A stretch of 63,636 bases of DNA, filler included, from Globobulimina sp. (Eukaryota), in the NCBI GenBank assembly GCA_003354225.1. It is 28 parts of 28 records of this genome, joined end to end, with 100 filler letters (N's around TTAATTAATTAA, not from the genome) between each part and the next. Parts side by side here need not be neighbours in the genome. Positions count along the whole stretch, not along the records: positions 11,391 to 13,568 come from PIVH01008403.1; positions 13,669 to 15,845 come from PIVH01008404.1; positions 15,946 to 18,122 come from PIVH01008405.1; positions 18,223 to 20,399 come from PIVH01008406.1; positions 20,500 to 22,676 come from PIVH01008407.1; positions 22,777 to 24,953 come from PIVH01008408.1; positions 25,054 to 27,230 come from PIVH01008409.1; 21 more parts are not named here. One strand, 5' to 3'. Below, one piece after another: positions 12,960 through 25,070 of this stretch (its first letter is position 1; every line of letters starts with the position of its first letter). The notes under the pieces were generated by a model. The model searched no databases. It had not been told where the DNA came from and saw nothing but the letters and a program-made list of their open reading frames with translations. Made by a program: the position numbers and the translations under genes.

Positions 12960-13568
12960 TTATGGTACCGGTTGATATTTGTATGCTATATTCTTGAAAC
13001 TGTTTCTTGAGGAAACAAGAAAAGAACAGGATTTTTTACTGTAAAAATCAACGGAATATGTATAATCAAATGGAGGAGTATTCCTTGAGAACATTGTTAA
13101 ATGCAAGCTACATTTATATATCTTTATTTCCCATATCATTCCCAGACTGCTCATACATATTATCACTATCATCAGAGTCAGAATCACTTTCCTCACTCTT
13201 TATATTATTTTGATTTATTTGATGGATCTTATTTGGATCTAAACCTTTCATGTCCAATATATCAGATAACATTGCATCCAACAATACATTGTCCTTCTTC
13301 TCATCGCCAACTATAACTATAAATATTATGCATGCAAACATTGAAAATAATAGAAAATGCACAAATACCTTCATCCAACGCCTTTTCAGCCTCATGTTTT
13401 CCATCTGGATCAATTCCCGCTGGATCCGGACCATATACGTTACTGCTGTCTGAATCACTCACTTTGTTTTCTTCACAATCAACTTTATGTATTTTATTTG
13501 CAGCTAAATTTGGCCTTTTCGTGTCATCAGATGGCAATGCTCCATCTAATAAAGTATTATTATCGTCA
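12960..13568 (-). CDS. Partial membrane protein, 3' part; exon structure uncertain
   Basis: Overlapping ORFs 13114..13458 and 13301..13537 with one TM segment and an acidic tail. Confidence 0.3.
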
Positions 13569-13668
13569 NNNNNNNNNNNNNNNNNNNNNNNNNNNNNNNN
13601 NNNNNNNNNNNNTTAATTAATTAANNNNNNNNNNNNNNNNNNNNNNNNNNNNNNNNNNNNNNNNNNNN

Positions 13669-14055
13669 ACTGCCGACGATGGCTTCGTGTCGGAGTATTT
13701 GTTGAAGTATAAGCCGAGGGGCTGCACCTCGTTTAATATCGCGTTTGATGCGGTGCGGTCGCTGTTGGGAGAGGATACGTCGATGGATACGGTGGTTATA
13801 TTCTTGACGGATGGAGAGGCGTCGGATAGCGGCACGAGTACCATTGTGAAGGAGGTCGCTGCTAAATTGGGCGCGAAATTCAGTTTATTTTGCATTTTGT
13901 TGGGGGCCATTTCCGAGACTGGCAATTCTGTGGTGGAGGGGATTTGTAATGCGGGCGGTGGCACGATGTTGTCTGCGTTGTCTGGGAATGAGTTGGGAAC
14001 AACTTTTAGTTCGATTGCTAAGCAAATGAATACCGGCGCTTTTGGTAAATTTTAG
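13669..14055 (+). CDS. vWA domain protein, C-terminal fragment
   Basis: GCTSFNIAF...VVIFLTDGE MIDAS-type motifs. Confidence 0.8.
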   Translation, partial: TADDGFVSEYLLKYKPRGCTSFNIAFDAVRSLLGEDTSMDTVVIFLTDGEASDSGTSTIVKEVAAKLGAKFSLFCILLGAISETGNSVVEGICNAGGGTMLSALSGNELGTTFSSIAKQMNTGAFGKF

Positions 14056-14741
14056 AAATATTAAATATGATATATGTGTTTTGTTTGTGTGTAGAATATC
14101 TATTATAAAACCATTTCGCTATTATACGTAATATCAGTTTGTTTGTTGTTGATATTTTATAATTTAGAAATTTAAAGCTGTTGCAAACGTCATCATTTGG
14201 TTTATGCTATGAATGCAAGAAATTGTCTACGGATTTGATTTGTTTTTGAATGAAAACACATTTTTCTCCAATGTCAATTGTTCATTGGATTGTAGCAAAA
14301 TGTTTGACATATCTTTGCATGAAATCTTCCAAACCCGATACATTTTTACAATTTATTACAATCATATCCAAACTTAATTTCTTTTGCTTCTTCAAATATC
14401 GCAATGTATCAGAAAACACTTTATCACAGACAACAATATCAAAAACATGAAGCTCTGTTGCGTTTGGAAACAATGCACAGACTGCATCCAAATTAATCCA
14501 TTCATAGCTCTCCAGACAAAAAATATGAAATAAAAACGAATACTTTGTTGTAAATTTTGTCCAATCAATGTGGAAACCTGTTCTTCTTAAACAAAATTGA
14601 TGGAATAAATGAGCACCATACACAGTTAATGAGTCAATTGTTTAATATTCAATTCATTTTATTCTATTGCAAAACAACGATATTCATTGCTAAAACAATG
14701 AATGTAACAAACAAACATACAGATTACATTATAATTAATCT

Positions 14742-15821
14742 TTATATTAAGGATTTGCTTGCTTGTAATTGTTTGATTTGATAATTGAGCCACATCGGCT
14801 GCTCAACACCATTGTTGACCGCATTCATAAATAAAACACATTTTGCAACAGCATGTCGGTCATTAATATCACTGTCCTTATATTTTATTAATTTATCTCC
14901 GAATTTATCAGATAGCAAAATGTTGTGTTCGTTTTTGTTTTCACATTCTACACTTTGCAGCATTGACTGTTTTGAGATGAACAGATATCCCCAACAACCA
15001 TGAACATGGCCAAATTGGTGTACCTTTAATTCGTGCAATTCATTTAATACCAGTCTTAATTGCGAACATCCGGAATGATCAATTCGATCCATAATACCCT
15101 GCGGAGCATCATGCGTTATCAGATAATTGACGTCTTTTGGTATATTTCGCCATTTATTCACTATATGTTGTGGCTGTAAATGCAATCCATAGTTTTTTCC
15201 TGTACGTGAGCTGCACCATGGAGTGCCATAAAATTTGATGCCTTCAATAATTATGGATTCATCGTCCAAAATTGTACAATTAGTCATAGTGTTTTTCAAT
15301 TTTTGCACTTGTTGTTTGTATATAGTTTGTAGGATTGATATTATTTCTTTATCTTCGATTAACTTATTGTGTTTTGCTAAAATGTCTTTGTATTGCTCAG
15401 TTAATAAAATATCTCCTTTTCCTTCATGGTTGCCATTGATTAATAATATATGTTTATATTCATATTGTTTTCTAATTGTTGCTAACCATCGATTTACTTT
15501 TAATGCTTCCTGAATTCCTCCTTTTTTTGTGTAGTCACCGGATAATATTAAGATGTCACCGTTTGGTATATTCAGTTTTTTATGTTTTTGGTGTGTATCG
15601 CTTATTGCTACAATTTTAACCAATTCATATTCATTTTTTTCATCATTGTCAATTGTAAAGTATTCACCATATCTTATGTGAGTTAGTGTATTTAAACGGA
15701 CTTTTTTAGGTTTGCGTTTTCTGGTTGTTTTGTTCTGTTTGTATTGCATTCGAATTGAAGATTTATTGCTAAACGTCGCTATAAGTTCATTTAGTTGATG
15801 CAATAACCGTTCTCTAGTCAT
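14742..15821 (-). CDS. Calcineurin-like metallophosphoesterase (MPPED/239FB-like)
   Basis: ISDTH, GDILILSGDYT, GNHE, LITHDAP and FGHVH motifs. Confidence 0.9.
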   Translation of the reverse strand: MTRERLLHQLNELIATFSNKSSIRMQYKQNKTTRKRKPKKVRLNTLTHIRYGEYFTIDNDEKNEYELVKIVAISDTHQKHKKLNIPNGDILILSGDYTKKGGIQEALKVNRWLATIRKQYEYKHILLINGNHEGKGDILLTEQYKDILAKHNKLIEDKEIISILQTIYKQQVQKLKNTMTNCTILDDESIIIEGIKFYGTPWCSSRTGKNYGLHLQPQHIVNKWRNIPKDVNYLITHDAPQGIMDRIDHSGCSQLRLVLNELHELKVHQFGHVHGCWGYLFISKQSMLQSVECENKNEHNILLSDKFGDKLIKYKDSDINDRHAVAKCVLFMNAVNNGVEQPMWLNYQIKQLQASKSLI

Positions 15822-15945
15822 GTTTGAATTTATCGAAAATGTGAANNNNNNNNNNNNNNNNNNNNNNNNNNNNNNNNNNNNNNNNNNNNTTAATTAATTA
15901 ANNNNNNNNNNNNNNNNNNNNNNNNNNNNNNNNNNNNNNNNNNNN

Positions 15946-18122
15946 TACATTTAACATACTCCGTAGAACTCCATTTCTTATCATGACTGTGATTGTTGTT
16001 TAAATCCCATAAAATGGTCAATATAAATGATTTCAAAGCAGATGGAGTTGGATTATTATTATAATACTCAATAAATCTATCCATCATATTACAGTCAACA
16101 ACCATATATTTTAAACTCTCCATACCATATTTATCTAAAATATTTATAAAATCTCGAAACTTTACTAAAAATAAATTATTATTTCTATGAATTAATGCCA
16201 TTTCAATCAAGCCTTTACATAAATAGTCAATATTTGTAATACCCAATCCATTAAATCCTATTTTGTGTTTTAATGATATTTGAATGTATAACACCAACAA
16301 TTCCACACATTTTAATCGATATAAACCTAATGGTTTTCTTATCTTTTTATTATAAATTATATCTTTTGACTCTAAATCAATTATTTCATTTACAATTAAC
16401 GGCATATACGTCCTCAATGTCTCCAAAATATCACCAAACAGAGCATACAAATGGTTATCTGACGATTTTATAATTTTTTTCCTTTTTTTCTCCACCACTT
16501 TGGTGTCGGATAAATCATTGATTGTTTGTTGCACCATCTTAATGCAATTAATTCGATACCATTTGTCATTATTCTTTTTATCCAATGCGCCATTTATGAA
16601 TTTATCCATAATCAATGACACTGTGTTTTGATTTGTGTCGTAAAACAGCGGCGCAGTCTCCTTCATCGTGGCACACTGCTTTAACAGAGTTGTAATTACA
16701 TCACAATATTTATTTGCTATGTCATTGCCATAAATCCTCGGATTTGTACCAATTTCAAGCACACCCTCCAAGAACCTCCATTGTCTAAAGGCAGTCATGT
16801 GTTTATTGTAGTTATTATTATCACGATTTTGTGCATATTTGCTAGACATAGTTATTACGATTTAATTTGAATATATATCTCTAGCAAATATCGGCAAAAT
16901 GTACATCAAATCAATTAAACTGAGCACAGACTGAGAACCTTAATACATTTATCCATTGAGCCCTGCATTTGGCAATGCTTTGTTTGTCCCTCCCATTATA
17001 TAACAACACCGACAACAAAAACTCACCAAATTTTGCTTCGTGAATCCTTGAAATCAATGCATATTTAAATAACTGTTGAATCACACAATAATTGGATCGA
17101 GTCAATATTTCATACAATTTTAATGGAGAATATTTTAAAATAATTTTAAGAATTTCAACCGAATGATACATATTGCCACCGCTCGATGGGTGGAATGTTA
17201 ACATGCAATGAAATACAATATATTCTATTTTCTTATTCAAAAATAATTTAATTTCCTTTGGAGCCTCTTCAATGCAAAATATTTTCATCAGTGCAAAACT
17301 CATTTTTTCCTCATAATCAACGTCATCCTGTCTCATATTTGCAACCTGCGCAGATATATCGCCATCTTTATACAATTCACGATTCTCAATTTTAAATGTT
17401 TTTTCTTCCCGGCCATCCTCATAGATTTTAATCGTGTTTTTAAGCCATTGACTGCCAAAATCATTTTCGTTTCGATAGATTTTCTGCAATATACTCGCAT
17501 TGATCTTTGCCGGTAATCTGGAGATATACGACAATAAGGAATGGATCAATTCATTCGATATATTGAAATCTAAGGCAGATTGATTCGTTCTCAATAACTG
17601 CGCTAAAGCGACTTTCTTTTTATCTGTTTAGTACGTCACAGTAAAGCGGAAAGTATGCCATGTTTGCTCAATGCTGACAAGGTTTTTAGACTGAAAAATG
17701 CAAAAAAAACTTTTTTCAAAAAACAATTCTTACAGAAACACTTTTGAATCACGTATGTAAAACAAACCTAATTTGTCAAACATGGCAACAATTTCCGAAC
17801 ATTTTTGTTTTTTTTTGCTGGTGGTGGTATTATATGGTATGTCATAGGCCAACTTAGCATCACTTTTACCCGATAATATAATGCCATTTACATACGATTT
17901 TTCCGTGCCATTTTGGTTTGATTTGATAAATATGGCCAAACAACGTATTTTCTTAAATTTTACGGCAATTTTTGATTTTTTTTTGAGATTAATTAACTGT
18001 CCTTTTGCTAATTTTTTTGGTCTTAATTCCAATGAATGCGTCGCTTTCATATCTCGCATATCAGAAAAATCTTTGCTTAAATCTTCAATCTTAAATATTT
18101 GCATTTCTTTCGGTGCTGACAA
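15946..18122 (-). CDS. Partial gene: PITH domain spliced to a SAPS (SIT4/PP6 regulatory subunit)-like helical domain
   Basis: PITH motif VKFKKIRCLAIFIKSNQNGTEKSYVNGIILSG; SAPS-like PLGLYRLKCVELL and HRNNNLF; in-frame GT-AG intron 17767-17624. Confidence 0.6.
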
Positions 18123-18252
18123 NNNNNNNNNNNNNNNNNNNNNNNNNNNNNNNNNNNNNNNNNNNNTTAATTAATTAANNNNNNNNNNNNNNNNNNNNNN
18201 NNNNNNNNNNNNNNNNNNNNNNAAAAAATATAAAAAAAAAAAGAATAAAAAA

Positions 18253-19125
18253 TTAACACTGTAAAAACATATTAATTAATAAACATAACAGCACCAACAT
18301 AAATGGATGATTTCTATTTGAAATGCCAGCTTGCGGTGTAGTTGATATTGACGTGCTTATTATATTTGATGTTGCTATATTTGTGGTAGCAGCTGCAGCC
18401 ATAGCCGTGGTCATAGCCGTGGTCATAGCCGTGGTCATAGTGGAAATTACTGACGTACTGGTTATAGAAGTAGTGGTTGGTGTGTTTGTAGTGGTGATGT
18501 CAGGACACATCGATTCTGTTGCGGATATATTGGATATCTCCGCAGTGGTTCTGTCTGATACAGGATCTGTATTATTACACCAATAATTGGCTTCGCTCAA
18601 CATATGACAGTGTGTAAAGGCTTGCGCTGTGCAATTGGAGTCATTATAATATTCAAGCTTTGCATCGGGATAACCCGTAATATCATTGTCCACCAATGTG
18701 ATGTAACGATATGCCTGTGGCCAGTCGCCAAGTTGGGATCGTAAACATAAATCTGTGATTAATGGCCAGTCACCAAATACTGTACAATCGCCTTCGTCTT
18801 CATATTCATTGTGAAATACTACATAATTATCAGTGCAGGTTGGCAGTGTACAGTCGAAGTCATGATAGGTTTCAACGTCTAGGATTACAGAACCCGTACA
18901 ATCAGGATAACGATATATTCGTGCTGTGACACTATGAGCGTCACAATCAAATCGAAAACCAGCGATTATTCCACCTGATCCTGGTTTGGTGCCTCCCGGG
19001 GCAACAGTAACACATACATCTGTGGCTACGATAGATGCACCATCGTTGACCCATGAACATGAGGGGACATCACCTCTGGTTGAGAGTGCATTTAACAATA
19101 ATAAGCCTAACACTACTGAACGCAT
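18253..19125 (-). CDS. Secreted Cys-rich surface protein with Thr-rich stalk and probable GPI anchor
   Basis: Signal peptide, Cys-rich ectodomain, TTAM repeats, hydrophobic C-terminus without cytoplasmic tail. Confidence 0.8.
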   Translation of the reverse strand: MRSVVLGLLLLNALSTRGDVPSCSWVNDGASIVATDVCVTVAPGGTKPGSGGIIAGFRFDCDAHSVTARIYRYPDCTGSVILDVETYHDFDCTLPTCTDNYVVFHNEYEDEGDCTVFGDWPLITDLCLRSQLGDWPQAYRYITLVDNDITGYPDAKLEYYNDSNCTAQAFTHCHMLSEANYWCNNTDPVSDRTTAEISNISATESMCPDITTTNTPTTTSITSTSVISTMTTAMTTAMTTAMAAAATTNIATSNIISTSISTTPQAGISNRNHPFMLVLLCLLINMFLQC

Positions 19126-19182
19126 GCTTAGTTTACAGTTTTTTTTTTGAGTTAAAGGGGGAAAATTAATGTTTATTTAAAA

Positions 19183-20178
19183 TTATTTTGAGCAAGATTT
19201 GTTTTTTCTGTAATGTCTATTCAAATAACTTTTGCTATTAAATTTATTCAAACATTTCGCACATTGGAATGGTTTATCACCGGTATGTATTCGCATATGT
19301 TTTCTTAAGTAATCAGATCTAGCAAACCGTCGATCACACTCCGTGCATTGGAATGGTTTATCCTTTGTATGCATCCTCTTATGTCGCGATAAGTTTCCAT
19401 TTGTTTTGAATTTACGTTTACAATCTCTACATACAAACTTGCAATCTTCTACATTTTGTGCACTTTCTGCAGTTTTCATAACTAATATTTCCTTTTTTTT
19501 CCCTTCATTTCCTGCATTATTATCTATCATATTTGTATGTGTATGCACTCTCCGCTGATGTGACAATAAAGCACTTTGTGTAGCAAATGATGTTTTACAT
19601 TTAAATAATTCTGTACATGACTGGCATTTATGCGCTTTATCGATTTGATGCATAGTCTCATGTACTTCCACATGTTGTGTCGAAGAGAATGCCCTTGGAC
19701 AATACTGGCAAATATAGGGCAGAGTACCATGTGTGACAGAAATATGTTTTCTTAAATCTGTATATGACACAAATGATTTTTGGCAATAAATACAAGTCAT
19801 TGAATCGATTGGAACTTGTTTTGTTTGCAATTTATAGTCTTCAGAAGCATTGCCAACTGCTATACCAATGAGTTGTTCATTTTGCGTCTGTATATTTGTG
19901 AATAACTGTACCATCTCTTTGCATTCATCGGTATCATTAATAATATTGTTGTTGGAGGCAATGTGATGCGATAAATTACATTTATGAATAAAGAGTAAAG
20001 TATTGACACAATTTATTTGATCATCGTATTGATTTTGAATGTGTTGTATGATGAACGCTTTTTGTTGCAATAATTGATTGATGTGATGGATATATTGTAA
20101 ATCTAATTGATGTAACAATTGCTCACGTTCTATATTCATATAGCTTTTCCAGTCTGTTAATATTTGAAACATGATCAA
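19183..20178 (-). CDS. C2H2 zinc-finger protein
   Basis: About six CxxC...HxxxH fingers with HTGDKPF/HTKDKPF linkers. Confidence 0.93.
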   Translation of the reverse strand: MIMFQILTDWKSYMNIEREQLLHQLDLQYIHHINQLLQQKAFIIQHIQNQYDDQINCVNTLLFIHKCNLSHHIASNNNIINDTDECKEMVQLFTNIQTQNEQLIGIAVGNASEDYKLQTKQVPIDSMTCIYCQKSFVSYTDLRKHISVTHGTLPYICQYCPRAFSSTQHVEVHETMHQIDKAHKCQSCTELFKCKTSFATQSALLSHQRRVHTHTNMIDNNAGNEGKKKEILVMKTAESAQNVEDCKFVCRDCKRKFKTNGNLSRHKRMHTKDKPFQCTECDRRFARSDYLRKHMRIHTGDKPFQCAKCLNKFNSKSYLNRHYRKNKSCSK

Positions 20179-20499
20179 GTTTATAATAAGCTAAGTTTTC
20201 GACACAAAAAATTAAAGTCTGTTTTCCAATCAAAACCAAACAAAATATATCGAACAAAACAACGGTTGTTCGTATTTTGGCTGGAAATATTAGTTCTGTA
20301 GTCTTTAGACAATCTATCAACAATTTTATTTATTATCTAATGATTTGTTGTCGGAAGGAATAGTTTCTATGATATATGTTTGTTTATGTTTTGTTCTTTN
20401 NNNNNNNNNNNNNNNNNNNNNNNNNNNNNNNNNNNNNNNNNNNTTAATTAATTAANNNNNNNNNNNNNNNNNNNNNNNNNNNNNNNNNNNNNNNNNNNN

Positions 20500-22675
20500 T
20501 TAATAATTCGTTCAATTTATGCTGTTTCATGTCGTATATACTCATTATATGTAATGTATCGTCGGTATGATACCATTTCGCATCGCCATTAATCAAAACA
20601 ACTCGAATCTGTCCCGACCAACTTTGTAGTTCAATAATCTGCGCCATGACCCAGGATTGCTGCAAAAATTTTATCTCAAATCGTGGGAACATATCATGCA
20701 AATATGGCATTGAAATAAATTTATGATGCAAATTAACAAATACATATTCCAACAATTTGTATGATCTGTATTTGTATGGCAGCCTTGCTGAGACAGCTCC
20801 AACTTTCACACAAAATGTATTTTCAACATATAAATGCTCGGAATAGTCAGTATCTGCCAACGCTTTAAAATTTAGATCAATTTGCTGGAAATCTATGCAA
20901 TGCTCATTTGCACTGTGGATCAAAACGCGGAGACCAGACATTGACCATTTGTCAAATTCTGCAGTACAATGAGACCATTCAGCAGTCGACGGATTAAATG
21001 AATCAAAACTAAATATCGACGGATTGTTTTTATATAAATCTCGCACATTTATTCGTTGTGTTTTTTGCGTTGAAAATGTAGACAAAAACACATATTTCTT
21101 AATGATAACTACGACATCATCGGGAATATATGCCCACAGAGTCAATGCTTCCATATTACGAATATTATACGACATTAGCGCTCCTAATTGATATTCAGTC
21201 AATGTTCCATTGATTAAAATGCTGTTTAAATTGATCATATTTTGGATATCTTTCTTATAAAATGATAACTCTTTAATATCAGGACAATATTTGCTCCATT
21301 CAAATAAATCTCCCATTCGTTTTGCAAATCGTTTGCAAAAATCGTGAGCATAGAGCAGCATTTCTAAATTTCTAAATTTCTGCGTCCGATCTGATAACCA
21401 ATAGCTATTAAATTCGCGTATCCATTGTTTCCATGACAAGATTGAGTACTCATTCATATCGCAATCAAAACATTCTTTTCCAATAATTGTGTAATAATGG
21501 CGATATTTGCAAAATAGATTTAACACAAAAAACATACACATAAATCCCTTTAAAGGTGATAGTGAGCGATCTTCCATATGCTTTAATGGAATGTTTCGAA
21601 ATAAACCTAGATACACACCGCTATAGTTACAATACGTGGTATTCCATGTTAGTCTGAATCTAAATGGCTGTAAACCATCATTCGGAATTGATATCCACGT
21701 ATTAAATAAGTCAAATATTTTATAAATGTGTATGACATGAACTGTATCCAAATGAAAACATAAAATATCATACATATGTTTTGAAAATATCTCATCACCA
21801 AAACAGTAATGAATCATAATGTTTTTGACACTCTCAAACACGGAGTATAAGCTGTGACAGTCATCCATATTATAGATAATATCCATGAATAATAATTCAA
21901 AAAAACTTCTATTATTTAGAAATAGCAAATCTGTTCGAGATAAATTTATTAGTGAAAATTGGCTGCATTTATTATTTTGTGTTTTGTACAATAAGGCAAC
22001 AGGCGAGAAGAGATAAGTGGTATTCACCACATTTTGATCTTTTGTGCGTGCGCTGCAAAGCAATGTGGATAGCAATAATATTAAATTAACGCACTGCGAT
22101 GATGGCGAGGTATGGATTATGGATTTATGGAATTCTGTATAGTATCTTCCCAGAGTTGTTATGCATTTACATTCTTTTATTAAATAATATTTTTGCGCTG
22201 CACCAATTGATGAAAACTGCAGTAATATCGATACTAATTCGTTAAATAAAGGATGCGTTTGTTGGTATTTTTCAATTCTCAATGTTTGTTTCTTTATTAT
22301 ATTAAGGATGCTTTTTATAAATCTGCCATAAATTGTTGATGATATTTTTGCGTATTGATGAATGAGAAGGTGATTATCTGCAGATACTACTCTATAAATT
22401 AATAGCTGCGAAATGAATTCATATTGCAATTGAAGAGTTGTTGTGGTTGCTTCATTTGTAAATGGTAATAGCAACTCATTATTTGTCAATAAAAAGTATA
22501 GCAAATTATCTATAATTTGTAATTCGAAATGTTGATCCAGTAAATATTTCAACTTGTATTTAATGAATATATTTTGATAAAGTTGAATCAGTTTCTCTTG
22601 ATTTTGAGATGGTTTTAATTTGCTGAAGCATTGTATAAATTGCACAAAATCTATATCGGCGTTAGACGCAGACAT
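20500..22675 (-). CDS. Large helical protein, possibly related to the C-terminal region of USP9/USP24/USP34-type deubiquitinases; 3' truncated
   Basis: Long ORF; HYCFGDEIFS and ISIPNDGLQPFR weakly recall that region; no catalytic motifs seen. Confidence 0.4.
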
Positions 22676-22776
22676 TNNNNNNNNNNNNNNNNNNNNNNNN
22701 NNNNNNNNNNNNNNNNNNNNTTAATTAATTAANNNNNNNNNNNNNNNNNNNNNNNNNNNNNNNNNNNNNNNNNNNN

Positions 22777-24547
22777 GGATAGCTCTCTCCATCTTCATCA
22801 CAAACGCGCCAATATGGCAATATATGGGCTTCTCCACCTCCATTTTAAACGGATTCATCACTTACAAAATGCTGAAATCCATCATCTCGACCACGCGAGA
22901 AACACAAGCCTCCACTTACCACGTCCGGACATCCATCACCGCCAAGGAATTCGAAAAACAGTTATTTACCTTATTCCACATGAAACAAATGGTCGCCGCT
23001 TTGATATTCATCGGCTTCTATGCAATCTACACCTTCATCGTCAACTTGTATCACATGGTCAACACCACCATCATAGCACAGCCATTCATTGGTAATGCCG
23101 GCTGGTACTTGTATAGCAAACTAATTGTATGGAACTTGTACACCTATTCCATGGTCTGCATAGTGTTGATATACACCTGGATCTCATATATGGCGATGCG
23201 AGAGGCCGCCATCAAAGCCAAGCGCACGAATAAGATCACTACGCCGGACTTGCCAGACGATATAGACATAGTTATCTTGCCCGATACAGTAGAGATTATA
23301 TATCCACCCAATATAGACCCCAATGATCCGGATAATCTGTACAATGGCACCGATACCGAAGACAATTTGTACAATGGCATGAGCCTATACCCCAATGCTT
23401 CGAGGGCAAATTCAGCCAATCCATCGCCAGAACAACACGCGCAGCCTAGGCCTGCTTCGAATTCTGTGCCGATGCGAGCTATAAATACAATGATAAGCGA
23501 TCCAAATATGATATCCAAAACAAACAGCGGCCAGGTTACGCCACACATTATGGGCAATCCTGGCGCTGCGCGACCTACCTCGCCTGGGAGTATATTGTCA
23601 GTCTTATCCGGATCCAATACAGACAATAATTTGGCATCAATGACGGATATATTTCCTATCTTTGGACACAAGCTATCGGTGCGACAACGGGGAGAATCTT
23701 CCATGCTGAATTATCGAAATCTTTCTGGCGTATTGTATGGATCACCCAAAACCAAACCACACACTACGATGCTCGATATGAATATATTATCGTTGGTGAA
23801 ACGTGGCTGTTCTTTGGAGAGTTTAGTTGCATTTGTTGTGTTATTCATATCCTTGCACAGTGACAGTGACACACATATTGTATAGGAATTTATTTTGACG
23901 CACAAAAATATCGAGGAATTACGCCAAAATCATTGAAATTAACCGCCAAAATGAGGTCTGTGAGTTATTCATCACGTTTGCATTCCAGACGTAATACAGT
24001 TGGAACGGGTGTGAATACGCAAGAAAATGAGTTGATATTACATTCGAGATCTGTTCCCAATATGAGCCCGTTGTGCACAAATGTGTCAACGGACGATTTG
24101 TCTGTAGAGTCGTCGCAGTATCGGCCGTCGCTGCAGGAGAAATACAGCGAGTCTGAGACCATTAACAGTGAGCTGAAGAGTGTGAAGCCAAATGTTTTTA
24201 TAAATGCGTATAAATCAATCGATATCACGGTGCCGGAAGACGCGGTGTTGACGCCTAATAATGGCAATTGGAAGGCAAACAGCTTGGATGTCGAGATGCA
24301 AGTACGAAATCCACAGAAACGAGAAAAACAAACTGATCATGATATTGATATGGGAGTGGATATAATCGATGAGTTGCACGAAGAGAAAGAAAACATATCA
24401 TACGGATCTGGATCCAGGTCATTGCCGTCGGATCACTCCGATGTGAGTGGGATGGATATCATTGGCCCACAAATGCCGGATGTACCCATATTGTCCAAAG
24501 TCGAGATTTATTCAAATTCGCGATCAATGGATCAGCATAAAATGTGA
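22777..24547 (+). CDS. Partial multi-pass membrane protein with long Ser/Pro-rich cytoplasmic tail; probable intron near 23800-23885
   Basis: TM segments in ORF 22824..23885, continuing in ORF 23933..24547. Confidence 0.6.
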
Positions 24548-25070
24548 CCTGTTTTTGGTTTCTTTTGTGTGCATTCAATTGTTTATTTAATTAATTTTGA
24601 TGTTTAAATACTTATATTTTAATATTTGTTTTGTTTGTTTTTAAATTATTAATAATTGAGCGTGTGTTGTTAAATGTATTTGTGTATACAATCCAGATTT
24701 GTTCATTGTATTTTTTGTTTGCTTTTTTGTTTGCGATCGATTCATTATATCGATCATAAATACAGAACGTTTTTTGTTGGCTGACGATATCATCTTAAAA
24801 TTTGCTGAAGTAAAATGTATTTTTGGTGTTATATTTAAGGGTTTGGTCCCCTATTTTTTTGACAATTTGACAAAAACGATTTGACAATTTGACAGTACCG
24901 CTAACTCCTCCATGGCCCAAATGTTTTCACTTGTCAAATTTTTCATAATTTAANNNNNNNNNNNNNNNNNNNNNNNNNNNNNNNNNNNNNNNNNNNNTTA
25001 ATTAATTAANNNNNNNNNNNNNNNNNNNNNNNNNNNNNNNNNNNNNNNNNNNNATAAAAACATTAATTAA

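Noticed and set aside
23144-23704. Long antisense ORFs (also 2891..3283, 33259..33684, 44838..45316)
   Set aside because: Shadow frames opposite well-supported genes
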